DNA of 64,000 nucleotides from a virus (Duplodnaviria; Caudoviricetes): IMG/VR virus record IMGVR_UViG_2934748790_000001, positions 32,001 to 96,000 of that record; one strand, 5' to 3'. Shown piece by piece: positions 56,218 to 64,000 of this stretch (position 1 is its first letter; each line of letters starts with the position of its first letter). The notes under the pieces were generated by a model. It saw only the letters and a program-made list of their open reading frames with translations, ran no database searches and was not told where the DNA came from. The position numbers and the translations under genes were made by a program.

Positions 56218-56632
56218 TTCCTTTTGGCTGGACAAGCTCCGGCAGTCCGGCGGTGCCCCGCCGCCGCCCCCGCCGGCAGCCCCCCGGGGCGGACTGACCC
56301 CCACGGGGGCCCCGTGGTGGGCTCATCCGACCTACACCCAGCCGCAGCAGCCTGCGCAGCCGCAGCAGCCCCCGGAGGCGCTCCAGCGGGCCTACCAGAC
56401 CGAGAAGGCGCAGTCGGCCAGGCAGACCGATCTCTGCCCGAGCTGCCGCAGTGAGCACTACTGGAGGCCGACCCCCAACACGGCCGCCACGTGCTTCGAC
56501 TGCGGGTGGCCCGTTCAAAATTCGACGCAGGGTGTCGCGATCTCCAACAACTCCTCCGCGCCGACGCGGCAGTCCGTGCACCAGGCCAAGGGTTCGGGAT
56601 ACCAGCCGAACGTGATCGTGGGGCGGCTGTGA
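56210..56632 (+). CDS. Pro/Gln-rich zinc-ribbon protein
   Basis: CPSCRSEHY...CFDCGWP. Confidence 0.8.
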   Translation: MSDSFWLDKLRQSGGAPPPPPPAAPRGGLTPTGAPWWAHPTYTQPQQPAQPQQPPEALQRAYQTEKAQSARQTDLCPSCRSEHYWRPTPNTAATCFDCGWPVQNSTQGVAISNNSSAPTRQSVHQAKGSGYQPNVIVGRL

Positions 56633-56802
56633 CACGTCTGGTCACCCTGCTCACGGCCTTTTCTGTCGGCGCTGTCGCGGTCTTCATCGCCGTGGTGCCG
56701 CAGAGCAACGCCCTTGGCACGACGGACTCACCATCCCCAGGGGAGCCGGCCTGGACGCACGTCTGCCTAGGAATGGTGAGCGACCCCGAATGGTGTCAAT
56801 AA
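56629..56802 (+). CDS. small secreted/membrane protein
   Basis: GTGA coupling; hydrophobic N-terminus; two Cys. Confidence 0.5.
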   Translation: MTRLVTLLTAFSVGAVAVFIAVVPQSNALGTTDSPSPGEPAWTHVCLGMVSDPEWCQ

Positions 56803-56866
56803 GAATTTAAAATGCGTCACTCGTTTGGCGCTGTGCGGTATTTTTCGCCTTCCCTACGGTCGGGAC

Positions 56867-57910
56867 ATGCCGCTCGATGATGAGGCCCGCGCGATCATGG
56901 CGCGGATCAACAAACAGCACCCAGGTTCAGTAATCGTCGCCTCGACAATGCCCGTCGTTCCCCGCTTCACCACGGGATCTCTGTCCCTGGACGTGATGCT
57001 CGCCGGGGGATGGCCGGGAAATCAGTGGAACGAGATTGTCGGTGCGGAGAGCAGCGGCAAATCGACCATCGTGCACAAGACCATCGCAGCGAACCAGGCA
57101 CGTGACCCGGAGTTCCAGACCTTCTGGGTGGCGGCCGAGCACTACGACGCGGAGTGGGCCGCTGCCCTCGGAGTCGATGTCGACCGAGTCGCTGTCTATT
57201 CCACGAACGCGATGGAAGACGCCTACACAGCCATGCTGAAGGCTGCGGAATCCCGAGCTTTCGACGCGGTGGTGCTCGACTCCTACCCGGCCCTGGTCGC
57301 GGCCGACGAGGACGCCAAGGAGATGGACCAGGCGACCATCTCCGCCGGCGCCCGGGTCACCGGAAAGTTCTTCCGGAAGGTGGGCAGTGTGACCCGCCGC
57401 TCCCTGATCGACGCGGAGCGCCCACTGCTGGCGCTCATCATCAATCAGTGGCGCGACCAGATCGGCGGTTGGTCCCCGTCCGGAATGACGCCGAAAACCT
57501 CGCCCGGCGGCAAGGCGAAGAACTACGCCTACTACACACGGATCGAAGCCTCCCGTACCGAGTGGATCGATGAGAAGCGTCCGGGCGGGGGCGCGATGCG
57601 GGTCGGCCAGGTCATCAAGCTGAAGACCATCAAGTCGAAGTCAGCCGCACCGCAGCAGGTCGCGACCATCAAGTTCTACTTCGCGGATAGCGCCACGGGA
57701 ATCCTCAAGGGCGAGTACGACACGACCGCCGAGATGGTCACCATGGGGATTTTTCACGGTGTCATCGACCTCTCGGGCGGGTGGTACCGCTACCGCGAGA
57801 ACCAGTGGCACGGCAAGGACAAGATGAACGCCGCGATCCGTCACGACCTCACCCTCCAGGAGCAACTCAGCGAAGACGTGCTGGACCGCGTTCGCCCCGG
57901 AGCGGCGTGA
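56867..57910 (+). CDS. recA: RecA-like recombinase
   Basis: TTGSLSLD..L.GG.P, GAESSGKS, VVLDS, INQWR, SPGGKA. Confidence 0.93.
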   Translation: MPLDDEARAIMARINKQHPGSVIVASTMPVVPRFTTGSLSLDVMLAGGWPGNQWNEIVGAESSGKSTIVHKTIAANQARDPEFQTFWVAAEHYDAEWAAALGVDVDRVAVYSTNAMEDAYTAMLKAAESRAFDAVVLDSYPALVAADEDAKEMDQATISAGARVTGKFFRKVGSVTRRSLIDAERPLLALIINQWRDQIGGWSPSGMTPKTSPGGKAKNYAYYTRIEASRTEWIDEKRPGGGAMRVGQVIKLKTIKSKSAAPQQVATIKFYFADSATGILKGEYDTTAEMVTMGIFHGVIDLSGGWYRYRENQWHGKDKMNAAIRHDLTLQEQLSEDVLDRVRPGAA

Positions 57911-58224
57911 TGGACCGGCGGATCAAGACGTCACGCGACCAGGAGAAGCGTCTTGCCCAGAAACTCGGCGGCACCACGACAGCCGGGTCCGGAAACGGGT
58001 GGGCGGTGAAGAACGACGTCCGGAACGCGGACTGGTCGATCGAGTGCAAGACGACCGGAAGCTCACGCTTCACCTTGACCCACAGAGACCTGATCAACGC
58101 CGAGAAGAACGCGATTCTCGACCTGCGGGACATGGCCTTCGCGATCGAGATGTGCGGGCGCAGGTGGGTGGTCGTCTCGGAAGAATCCTTTCTGCGCCTC
58201 ATTGAGAACGAGGAGGACGCCTAG
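57910..58224 (+). CDS. PD-(D/E)xK nuclease (Holliday-junction-resolvase-like)
   Basis: QEKRLA..LGG...GSG...KNDV...IECKTT. Confidence 0.75.
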   Translation: MDRRIKTSRDQEKRLAQKLGGTTTAGSGNGWAVKNDVRNADWSIECKTTGSSRFTLTHRDLINAEKNAILDLRDMAFAIEMCGRRWVVVSEESFLRLIENEEDA

Positions 58225-58589
58225 TGGGAATCCGTGCCGTAATCAACGCCCCGGACTGGTCCCCCGCTCACCACCGGGGAGAAGCGAAATGCCGCGACCA
58301 CCGGCTCACACCCACCCGCGACAACGACGTCTTTTTCAACGACGAAGCCCTCGCGATGGACATCTGCAACGGCATCTACGACGGCGTCGTATGCCCCCGC
58401 CGGGCTGACTGCCTGCACGTCGCCATGGTCAACCGGGAGGGCTACGGCATCTGGGGCGGGATGACGGCACGTGACCGCCTCGCCCTGCGCATGCGCAACC
58501 CCGGGGCGCCCGAGCGCTGGACCTGGCAACCGCCGAGCGAAGCGATCACCACCAACCTCCAGGAGTCGCAGTGGCCAGCCGCGTCGTAA
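58224..58589 (+). CDS. WhiB-family transcription factor
   Basis: Four Cys plus GIWGGMTARDR. Confidence 0.92.
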   Translation: MGIRAVINAPDWSPAHHRGEAKCRDHRLTPTRDNDVFFNDEALAMDICNGIYDGVVCPRRADCLHVAMVNREGYGIWGGMTARDRLALRMRNPGAPERWTWQPPSEAITTNLQESQWPAAS

Positions 58590-59476
58590 AGGGCGGTCCC
58601 CGCCTGACGGAGTACCTCAACGCCTCGAAGGCCGCCGAGCCCATCTGGGGCGACGTGCAGAAGCACGTCCTGGACCGGGCGGCCCAGCCCTCCGGCCGCG
58701 CCCAGGACGTCATGCACCCCTCCGAGATGGTGAAGCCGGACTGGTGTCACCTCGCGGCCTGGTACCGGTTGAAGCTGGAGGCCGAGCCGCCGGACCGCAA
58801 GAGGACCACCTTCGTCCGCGAAAACATCTTCCAGGAGGGCCACCAGACGCACGACAAGTGGCAGAGCTGGCTCGTCCAGATGGGCCGTCTTGCCGGTGAC
58901 TGGCACTGCCTGTACTGCGACGCCTTTTTCTGGCTCGACACCACCCCCGGTTGCTGCCATGAATGCGGTGCCCCACCATCCTGCCTGAAATATGCCGAGG
59001 TTCCCCTGAATTCCACCGCCCTGAGAATCGGCGGCAAGGCTGACGGGTACGACCCGGAAGAGTGCGCTCTCATCGAAATCAAAACTCTCGGCCTGGGAAG
59101 CCTGCGTTTCGAGCGCCCGGACTTCCTCGCCCGGTACGAGGTGGAAACGGACCACGGGAAGGTACACGACATCAACCGGCTGTGGCGCGATTTCCGCCGC
59201 CCGCTGCCCAGCGCCATCCGGCAGACCCAGTTGTACATGTACCTCGCGACACATTTCGAGGACCTGCCGTGCGACCGGTGCGTGTTTTTTTATGATTTCA
59301 AGAGCACGCAGGAAACAAAGTGTTTCACCGTCCAGTACGACGAGCGCTTCTCGGAACCCCTGATCGAAGCCGCCGCAGCCATCGTGGACTGTGTGGCCGC
59401 AGACACTCCCCCGCACTGCAATCTGAACGGCCGCGCCGGCTGCGCGAGCTGCATCGAATTCAAGGAGACGACGTGA
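58571..59476 (+). CDS. Cas4/RecB-like exonuclease
   Basis: HPSEM...WC, IFQEGHQTH, GKADG, IEIKT, Q.QLYM, C-terminal CxxC. Confidence 0.85.
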   Translation: MASRVVKGGPRLTEYLNASKAAEPIWGDVQKHVLDRAAQPSGRAQDVMHPSEMVKPDWCHLAAWYRLKLEAEPPDRKRTTFVRENIFQEGHQTHDKWQSWLVQMGRLAGDWHCLYCDAFFWLDTTPGCCHECGAPPSCLKYAEVPLNSTALRIGGKADGYDPEECALIEIKTLGLGSLRFERPDFLARYEVETDHGKVHDINRLWRDFRRPLPSAIRQTQLYMYLATHFEDLPCDRCVFFYDFKSTQETKCFTVQYDERFSEPLIEAAAAIVDCVAADTPPHCNLNGRAGCASCIEFKETT

Positions 59477-59940
59477 GCGCTGCCGACGCCATGTGGGACC
59501 ACCTGGACAGCATCGGCTTCGACAAGGAAGAGAAGCCCGACGGTTTCCTCCCTCAACTCCCCGCAGACATCACCGGCTTGGACGACCGGCAGCTCATGGC
59601 GCTCTACGGCGAGTACGTCTCGTGGACCGCGTACGCGGCCATGCGCCTGGTGGAGGCCCGCGCCAACGTGCGCGCGGCTAAGCAGTGCCTGGACGTCTCC
59701 TCAGCCCGCGCCGCTCTCGCTGCGTCGACCGAGAAGACGGTGGCCGGCCGCAAGGCCGCCGCCGCCGCCGACCACCAGGTCCAGGAGGACGAGATGCGGT
59801 ACCTCACCGCGCAGTCGCTGGCCGAGGCCCTCGACATGGTGCACAAGAACTCGGAGGCACGAGCCCAGTTCTGTAGCCGTGACCTCTCCCGCAGACAGAA
59901 CTCCCCCGCCGACAACCGCTACAGCAAGTGGGGGGTCTGA
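59473..59940 (+). CDS. conserved phage protein (coiled coil)
   Basis: LPADITGLDDRQLMALY...SRDLSRR. Confidence 0.8.
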   Translation: MSAADAMWDHLDSIGFDKEEKPDGFLPQLPADITGLDDRQLMALYGEYVSWTAYAAMRLVEARANVRAAKQCLDVSSARAALAASTEKTVAGRKAAAAADHQVQEDEMRYLTAQSLAEALDMVHKNSEARAQFCSRDLSRRQNSPADNRYSKWGV

Positions 59941-60518
59941 TGCCTCGCATCGCCATCGGTATCGACCAGTCCTACAGCGGCTGTGCCGTCGTCCACTACA
60001 ACGCGAGCACCGGCGCAGCGGAGGAGACCGTTTTCGACTTCTCCCCCAAGGCCGTCGGCTCCGGCATGCAGCGCATCCAGCACGTTCACCAGACACTCTT
60101 CGTGCATTTCGAGCGGCACAGCGTTCTCGGACAGACCACGCACATCTGCTACGAGGGCTACGCCTACGGCGCCCGCTACCGACGGGAGGAGCTGGGCGAG
60201 CTGGGCGCCGCGATGAAAATGGCCTTGGCCGAGGTGTTCCCCGAGCACGTCGAGCGCCGCATCCACGCGGTCGCCCCGGCCACGGTCAAGAAGTTCGTCA
60301 CCGGCTCGGGACAGGCCGACAAGGACAAGATGATGCTGGCGGTCTACATGCGCTGGAAGTACGAGGCCAGCAGCCACGACGCGGCGGATGCCTACGCCCT
60401 CGCCCGCATCGCCGACGCCCTGGCCACCCCGGAGCCACCTGAGCTGAGATACCAGCAGGAAGTGCTCGCCACGATCCGCAACCCGCCGAAGAAGACCCGC
60501 ACGAAAGCGGCGGCATAA
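59940..60518 (+). CDS. RuvC-like Holliday junction resolvase
   Basis: IGIDQS, YEGY, LGELG, PATVKKFVTGSG.A.K, DAADAYALA. Confidence 0.88.
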   Translation: MPRIAIGIDQSYSGCAVVHYNASTGAAEETVFDFSPKAVGSGMQRIQHVHQTLFVHFERHSVLGQTTHICYEGYAYGARYRREELGELGAAMKMALAEVFPEHVERRIHAVAPATVKKFVTGSGQADKDKMMLAVYMRWKYEASSHDAADAYALARIADALATPEPPELRYQQEVLATIRNPPKKTRTKAAA

Positions 60519-60580
60519 CAGCCGATAATTGTCCGGCCATACGCTCCCTGCATCAGTTCAAATGCAGGGAGCTAATTGTC

Positions 60581-60868
60581 GTGCAGACTCAGACCACAGA
60601 CGTGCCCGAGAAGGAGTTCCGCGTCAAGAGTGTGACGCCACCTCCCGAACTGGGATCTGCTATCGCCCATGCCGTGAAGTCCGGCCACCAGGTAGTCCTC
60701 AAGGCAGTGGGTGCCGGCGCCATCAATCAAGCGGTGAAAGCAATCCCGATCGCCCAGTCCTTCGTGAGCAGCTTCGGAACCCGGCTCACCGAGGAGATCA
60801 CCTTCTTCCGCAGCAAGACCCCGGAAGGAGAGATCCTCGGCATTGCAATCCGCGTCATGGGCTCGTGA
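60581..60868 (+). CDS. spoVS: SpoVS-family protein
   Basis: FRVKS...LGSAIAHAV...LKAVGAGAINQAVKAIPIA. Confidence 0.88.
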   Translation: MQTQTTDVPEKEFRVKSVTPPPELGSAIAHAVKSGHQVVLKAVGAGAINQAVKAIPIAQSFVSSFGTRLTEEITFFRSKTPEGEILGIAIRVMGS

Positions 60869-60987
60869 AATATCGGAAGAAAACCGGGGAGCCCTAAACT
60901 CCCCCCAGCAGGCCCACCCGTTTCCTGACTCGTACATGGATCACGTTCTGACTCCCGAGGGCCGACCAGCGCCGCGCGGAGGAAGAC

Positions 60988-61365
60988 ATGAGCACCCACT
61001 GGACGCCCCCGAACCGGGGCAAGACCTCGACGTCGACCGGCTCCCTGAGCGCCGGTCAGTTCCCCGTCATGGGCGATGAGCTGCACAACGTGCGCTGGAT
61101 TCGCCCCCAGACCGGGCAGACCGCCAGCCGCTCGGGAATGTCGAAGTCCGGCGGCAACGAGACCGGCTCCGCCGCCGCCCACCGCTCCCAGCGCCTGGCC
61201 TCGACCGCCGACACCTATGGGCCCACCGGCGTCACCCGCATCAAGCGGGCGCTTCACGGCCCCGGCTGCCCCGACTGCGCCACCACCAGCCGCTACCGCA
61301 TGCCGTCCGCGTTCGGCGACCAGGACAACTTCCGCGCCGGCGCCGACACAGGCAAGAAGGGCTGA
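60988..61365 (+). CDS. low-complexity hypothetical protein
   Basis: GGAGG SD; G/S/T/R-rich; one CxxC. Confidence 0.7.
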   Translation: MSTHWTPPNRGKTSTSTGSLSAGQFPVMGDELHNVRWIRPQTGQTASRSGMSKSGGNETGSAAAHRSQRLASTADTYGPTGVTRIKRALHGPGCPDCATTSRYRMPSAFGDQDNFRAGADTGKKG

Positions 61366-61367
61366 CC

Positions 61368-61652
61368 ATGCTGCCCGCCATCGCCGGCCTCGCCGCCCGA
61401 GCGGGACTGTCGACCCTCGGCAGGGGCGCGGCCACCACCTCGGCACGCACCTCCGTACAGGCTGCCGCCAGCAGCGGAAGCATCAGCGCGGGGACGACCA
61501 CCGCCGCCACCGGCAGTCGCATGCTGTCGGCCGCACAGTTCGGCACGTCCGCGTACAACTCCGTGCGAGGCGACCGCAGCGTCACCCAGACCGCGCCTCC
61601 GGCAGGCACGGCGCCCGCCGCAGGAGACGGACTGGGGTGGGCTCGCGCATGA
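61368..61652 (+). CDS. Ala/Gly/Thr-rich small protein
   Basis: Operonic, ATGA-coupled. Confidence 0.7.
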   Translation: MLPAIAGLAARAGLSTLGRGAATTSARTSVQAAASSGSISAGTTTAATGSRMLSAAQFGTSAYNSVRGDRSVTQTAPPAGTAPAAGDGLGWARA

Positions 61653-61840
61653 GCACCGCCGTCACCTCACCCAGCCCGCCCGCGCCCAGCTCGCTGCGCA
61701 CCACAGGCTCCGCCGGCCGGGGCTCCCTCGCCCCGGCCCCGGCCGCCACGATGCCCGGCCAGGCGCCTGCCGTGGACACCGGCAGCGCACGCGAGGGCGC
61801 ACGCAACGAATTCCGACACGGACTCTCCAGCGGGAGGTGA
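61649..61840 (+). CDS. Pro/Ala-rich small protein
   Basis: ATGA overlap; fills the operon gap. Confidence 0.55.
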   Translation: MSTAVTSPSPPAPSSLRTTGSAGRGSLAPAPAATMPGQAPAVDTGSAREGARNEFRHGLSSGR

Positions 61841-61846
61841 ACCACG

Positions 61847-62602
61847 ATGGACTTCAACACCGACCAGTTTCGTCAGCCCGCCTTCCGGGGGTTCGGCGAC
61901 CAGGCCATGCGCCGCCACCGGGTCACCCCGGCTGCCCCGCAGCCCGCACCGGTCACCCCGCAGGCACCCTCCACAGGCCATCAGGAGTCGCTGTTCCAGG
62001 CGGCCGAAGTCCGGGGCCAGACTCCGCCTCCCACTTTCAACCCCGCCCAGTTCCGCCGTGCGCAGTACGCGCTGCCCGGCATGAGCAACGCCGCCGTGCG
62101 CAGTCAGCGCACCACTCCCGCACCTGCTGCCCCGGCCGCGCCGTCGGCGACGTCCGGACCTGGCTGGTCGCAGCCCCAGATCAGCAGGCTCGGCCCCTCC
62201 CCCAGCTCACCGAGTGCTCCCGGCGCCGCTGGCCCCGCCCCTACGCGCTGGCCCTCGCCGACACCTGCACCCTCCACTCCCGCCCCGGCAGGTCCCGGCC
62301 GGACGGTAACGATCAACGCAGCCGCCTACCGCAACGCCGGTCCCTCCCGGCCGGCTGCGCCCGCCGCAGGCCCCGCACCGACCCGCGCGCCCGCCACACC
62401 GCCGAGGCCCTCGACGGCGCCCGCCGCAGGCCCCGGCCCGGCCGCCCGCCCGCCCGGCCGTGGCAGCCGTGCCCTGCCCCTCGTCGGCACGGCCGTCACG
62501 CTCGCCGGCCGATCGCTGCAAGGCATCACCAAGATCGCGACCGATCCGAAGCGGTCCGGTAATCCCCTCTACAAGACGAGCCGGGGGTGGAACAAGGCAT
62601 GA
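61847..62602 (+). CDS. Pro/Ala-rich disordered protein
   Basis: GGAGG SD; FNTDQFR/FNPAQFR repeat. Confidence 0.75.
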   Translation: MDFNTDQFRQPAFRGFGDQAMRRHRVTPAAPQPAPVTPQAPSTGHQESLFQAAEVRGQTPPPTFNPAQFRRAQYALPGMSNAAVRSQRTTPAPAAPAAPSATSGPGWSQPQISRLGPSPSSPSAPGAAGPAPTRWPSPTPAPSTPAPAGPGRTVTINAAAYRNAGPSRPAAPAAGPAPTRAPATPPRPSTAPAAGPGPAARPPGRGSRALPLVGTAVTLAGRSLQGITKIATDPKRSGNPLYKTSRGWNKA

Positions 62603-63168
62603 GCTATCCCAACCGTGCGGGTGCGAACAGCAACGTGATGTACAACCCGCCCTATCAGGCGCCTGTTGGCGGGGCGATGACGTACACCGGCGGCTCCGGC
62701 GGCACCCTCATGTCCGGAGCCCGCGACATCCTCGACGCTCGCCGCCTCATGGACACCGGGCATGTCCCCAGCGCCCAGTATCCCGACGGCTACCTGGGCA
62801 CCATCGGCGCCGGCACCCGCCGCCAGGACCGCCTCCTCAACCACATCGGGAACCGCGCCACCCAGCGGTCCTACGAGCGCGGCGTCCACAAGGGCGAGCG
62901 GATCGACCCCGCCGACTACTACTGGACCGACGACGTCCACCCGTTCGCCGGCCTCCAGGCCCAGGCACGCGGCGAACGGTGGACCCAGCGCGGCTCCATG
63001 ATCGGCAGCCCCCTCGTCAACGACGGCAAGAGCGAAACGCTGGTGTCCACCCAGGCGCGCTTTGCCACTGCCCAGCGGATCTACACCCAGGAGGTCACGC
63101 CGGCCTTCACCGCCGTCAACGAGCAGCGAAGGCAGCAGCTCCAGCGCCTGCGGCCTGCGTGGAGGTGA
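62599..63168 (+). CDS. conserved phage protein
   Basis: PSAQYPDGYLGTI...YERGVHKGERIDPADY.W. Confidence 0.8.
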   Translation: MSYPNRAGANSNVMYNPPYQAPVGGAMTYTGGSGGTLMSGARDILDARRLMDTGHVPSAQYPDGYLGTIGAGTRRQDRLLNHIGNRATQRSYERGVHKGERIDPADYYWTDDVHPFAGLQAQARGERWTQRGSMIGSPLVNDGKSETLVSTQARFATAQRIYTQEVTPAFTAVNEQRRQQLQRLRPAWR

Positions 63169-63173
63169 GCAGC

Positions 63174-63467
63174 ATGTTGCACCAGGACTCCATATACGTC
63201 CGACGCCCGTGGGCCTCGCTCCAGGAACAGCAGGTCACCAACTACCTGCGCGAGTGGACCGACATCCCGGCGGACACGGCACGCCAGATGAAACCGCCCA
63301 TTCCGAATATCGGCCGGACTCCCCCGCGTTTCGGATACCGGCAGCACATTCCCGGGATCGATGACATCGCCCGCCTGGACGACGTGTATCCCGGCAGCCG
63401 TGTCGATTACAGCCAGCGCCAGTCCGGCTTTTCCGCCACCTCGTACCCCGCTCTGGGAGTGATGTAA
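63174..63467 (+). CDS. hypothetical phage protein
   Basis: GGAGG SD; RPWAS...PPRFGY. Confidence 0.7.
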   Translation: MLHQDSIYVRRPWASLQEQQVTNYLREWTDIPADTARQMKPPIPNIGRTPPRFGYRQHIPGIDDIARLDDVYPGSRVDYSQRQSGFSATSYPALGVM

Positions 63468-63719
63468 ATGCCCAAGGCCACCCGCACCACCGACCGCCGC
63501 CGCACCGGCCGAGGCGACAACGTCACCGGAGTCAGCCAGGGAAAGTCGAACCTTCAGGACCAGCGCACCAAGGGCGCGTACGGGCCGAAGGCTCCGTCGG
63601 CGAACTCGGAATTCTCGACGGGTATTTCTGTGGGCCGGACCATGGGCGCCGGTGTGTCGTCGGGCTCCTCGAAGAAGCGCGCCGCACCGGCCGTGAAGAA
63701 GATCGGAGAGAAGAAGTGA
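63468..63719 (+). CDS. basic low-complexity protein
   Basis: GGGAG SD; K/R/G/S-rich. Confidence 0.7.
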   Translation: MPKATRTTDRRRTGRGDNVTGVSQGKSNLQDQRTKGAYGPKAPSANSEFSTGISVGRTMGAGVSSGSSKKRAAPAVKKIGEKK

Positions 63720-63819
63720 CCCTGCTCCTCTCCCGGTTGATGGACGCCCTTCGCCGACTCCGGGGAAAGGCTGCCCGCATTCGCGTCGACCGGCACGCAC
63801 GCCGCACGAAGGAGTCCCC

Positions 63820-64000
63820 ATGAGCTACGCGACCAGCCGCCCGCTCGGTGGCGAGATGACCGAGGGCCTGACCGACGGGGGCTACAAGAAGATCAACCGC
63901 GACCGGGGCGGCTCCGTCGACCCGGCCACCTACGCCGCCCGCGCCCAGCTCAACGACATCACCTACGGCCTGCACGAAGCGAACACCAAGGCTCGGCCCG
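63820..64000 (+). CDS. partial hypothetical protein (runs off the window)
   Basis: AAGGAG SD; MSYATSRPLGGEMTEGLTDGGYKK... Confidence 0.7.
   Translation, partial: MSYATSRPLGGEMTEGLTDGGYKKINRDRGGSVDPATYAARAQLNDITYGLHEANTKARP

Larger units (their letters stand above)
1..64000. mobile_element. part of a large temperate actinobacterial myovirus (prophage or phage-plasmid)
   Basis: Contiguous packaging, contractile-tail and replication modules plus a recombinase; no host housekeeping synteny or att boundary visible. Confidence 0.9.

Noticed and set aside
58571-59476. CRISPR-Cas locus
   Set aside because: Solo Cas4-like nuclease; no repeat-spacer array or other cas genes seen.
1-64000. tRNA/rRNA genes, IS elements, att sites, diversity-generating retroelement, stand-alone endolysin
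   Set aside because: No cloverleaf, transposase, reverse transcriptase or template/variable repeat pair, or free lysin recognised by eye; these may lie outside the window.

Overview
This is a GC-rich window from a large temperate Streptomyces-type myovirus, either a prophage or a phage-plasmid. From memory, its gene order resembles Bxz1-like (mycobacteriophage cluster C-like) actinophages; this was not searched. 1-11.7 kb is an accessory and regulatory arm: small hypothetical genes, an XRE(DUF5753)/DUF397/RsbW-like triad, an unannotated 54-aa peptide with an HExxH modification enzyme, a pentapeptide-repeat protein, a KTSC-like protein and a tyrosine recombinase. 11.8-44.7 kb is the morphogenesis region: terminase, portal, scaffold, capsid, neck, contractile sheath and tube, tape measure, baseplate and fibres. 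44.8-60.9 kb is replication and recombination: DnaC-like loader, DnaB, primase, SNF2 helicase, SSB, PolA, RecA, WhiB, Cas4-like nuclease, RuvC-like protein and SpoVS. 61-64 kb holds small low-complexity proteins. The main observations are: (1) the portal gene is split by GAG-TTAA-GAG, which fits a ribosomal hop triggered by the rare UUA (bldA) codon, while two regulatory-arm genes carry ordinary in-frame TTA codons; (2) a minimal RiPP-like cassette sits on the phage next to a pentapeptide-repeat gene; (3) several late genes have hairpin leaders that sequester the Shine-Dalgarno (SD) sequence; (4) the tail chaperone has a probable +1 frameshift; (5) a LexA box lies upstream of the replication genes; (6) there is a 6C-like structured RNA. 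All family calls come from manual motif recognition, not database searches.
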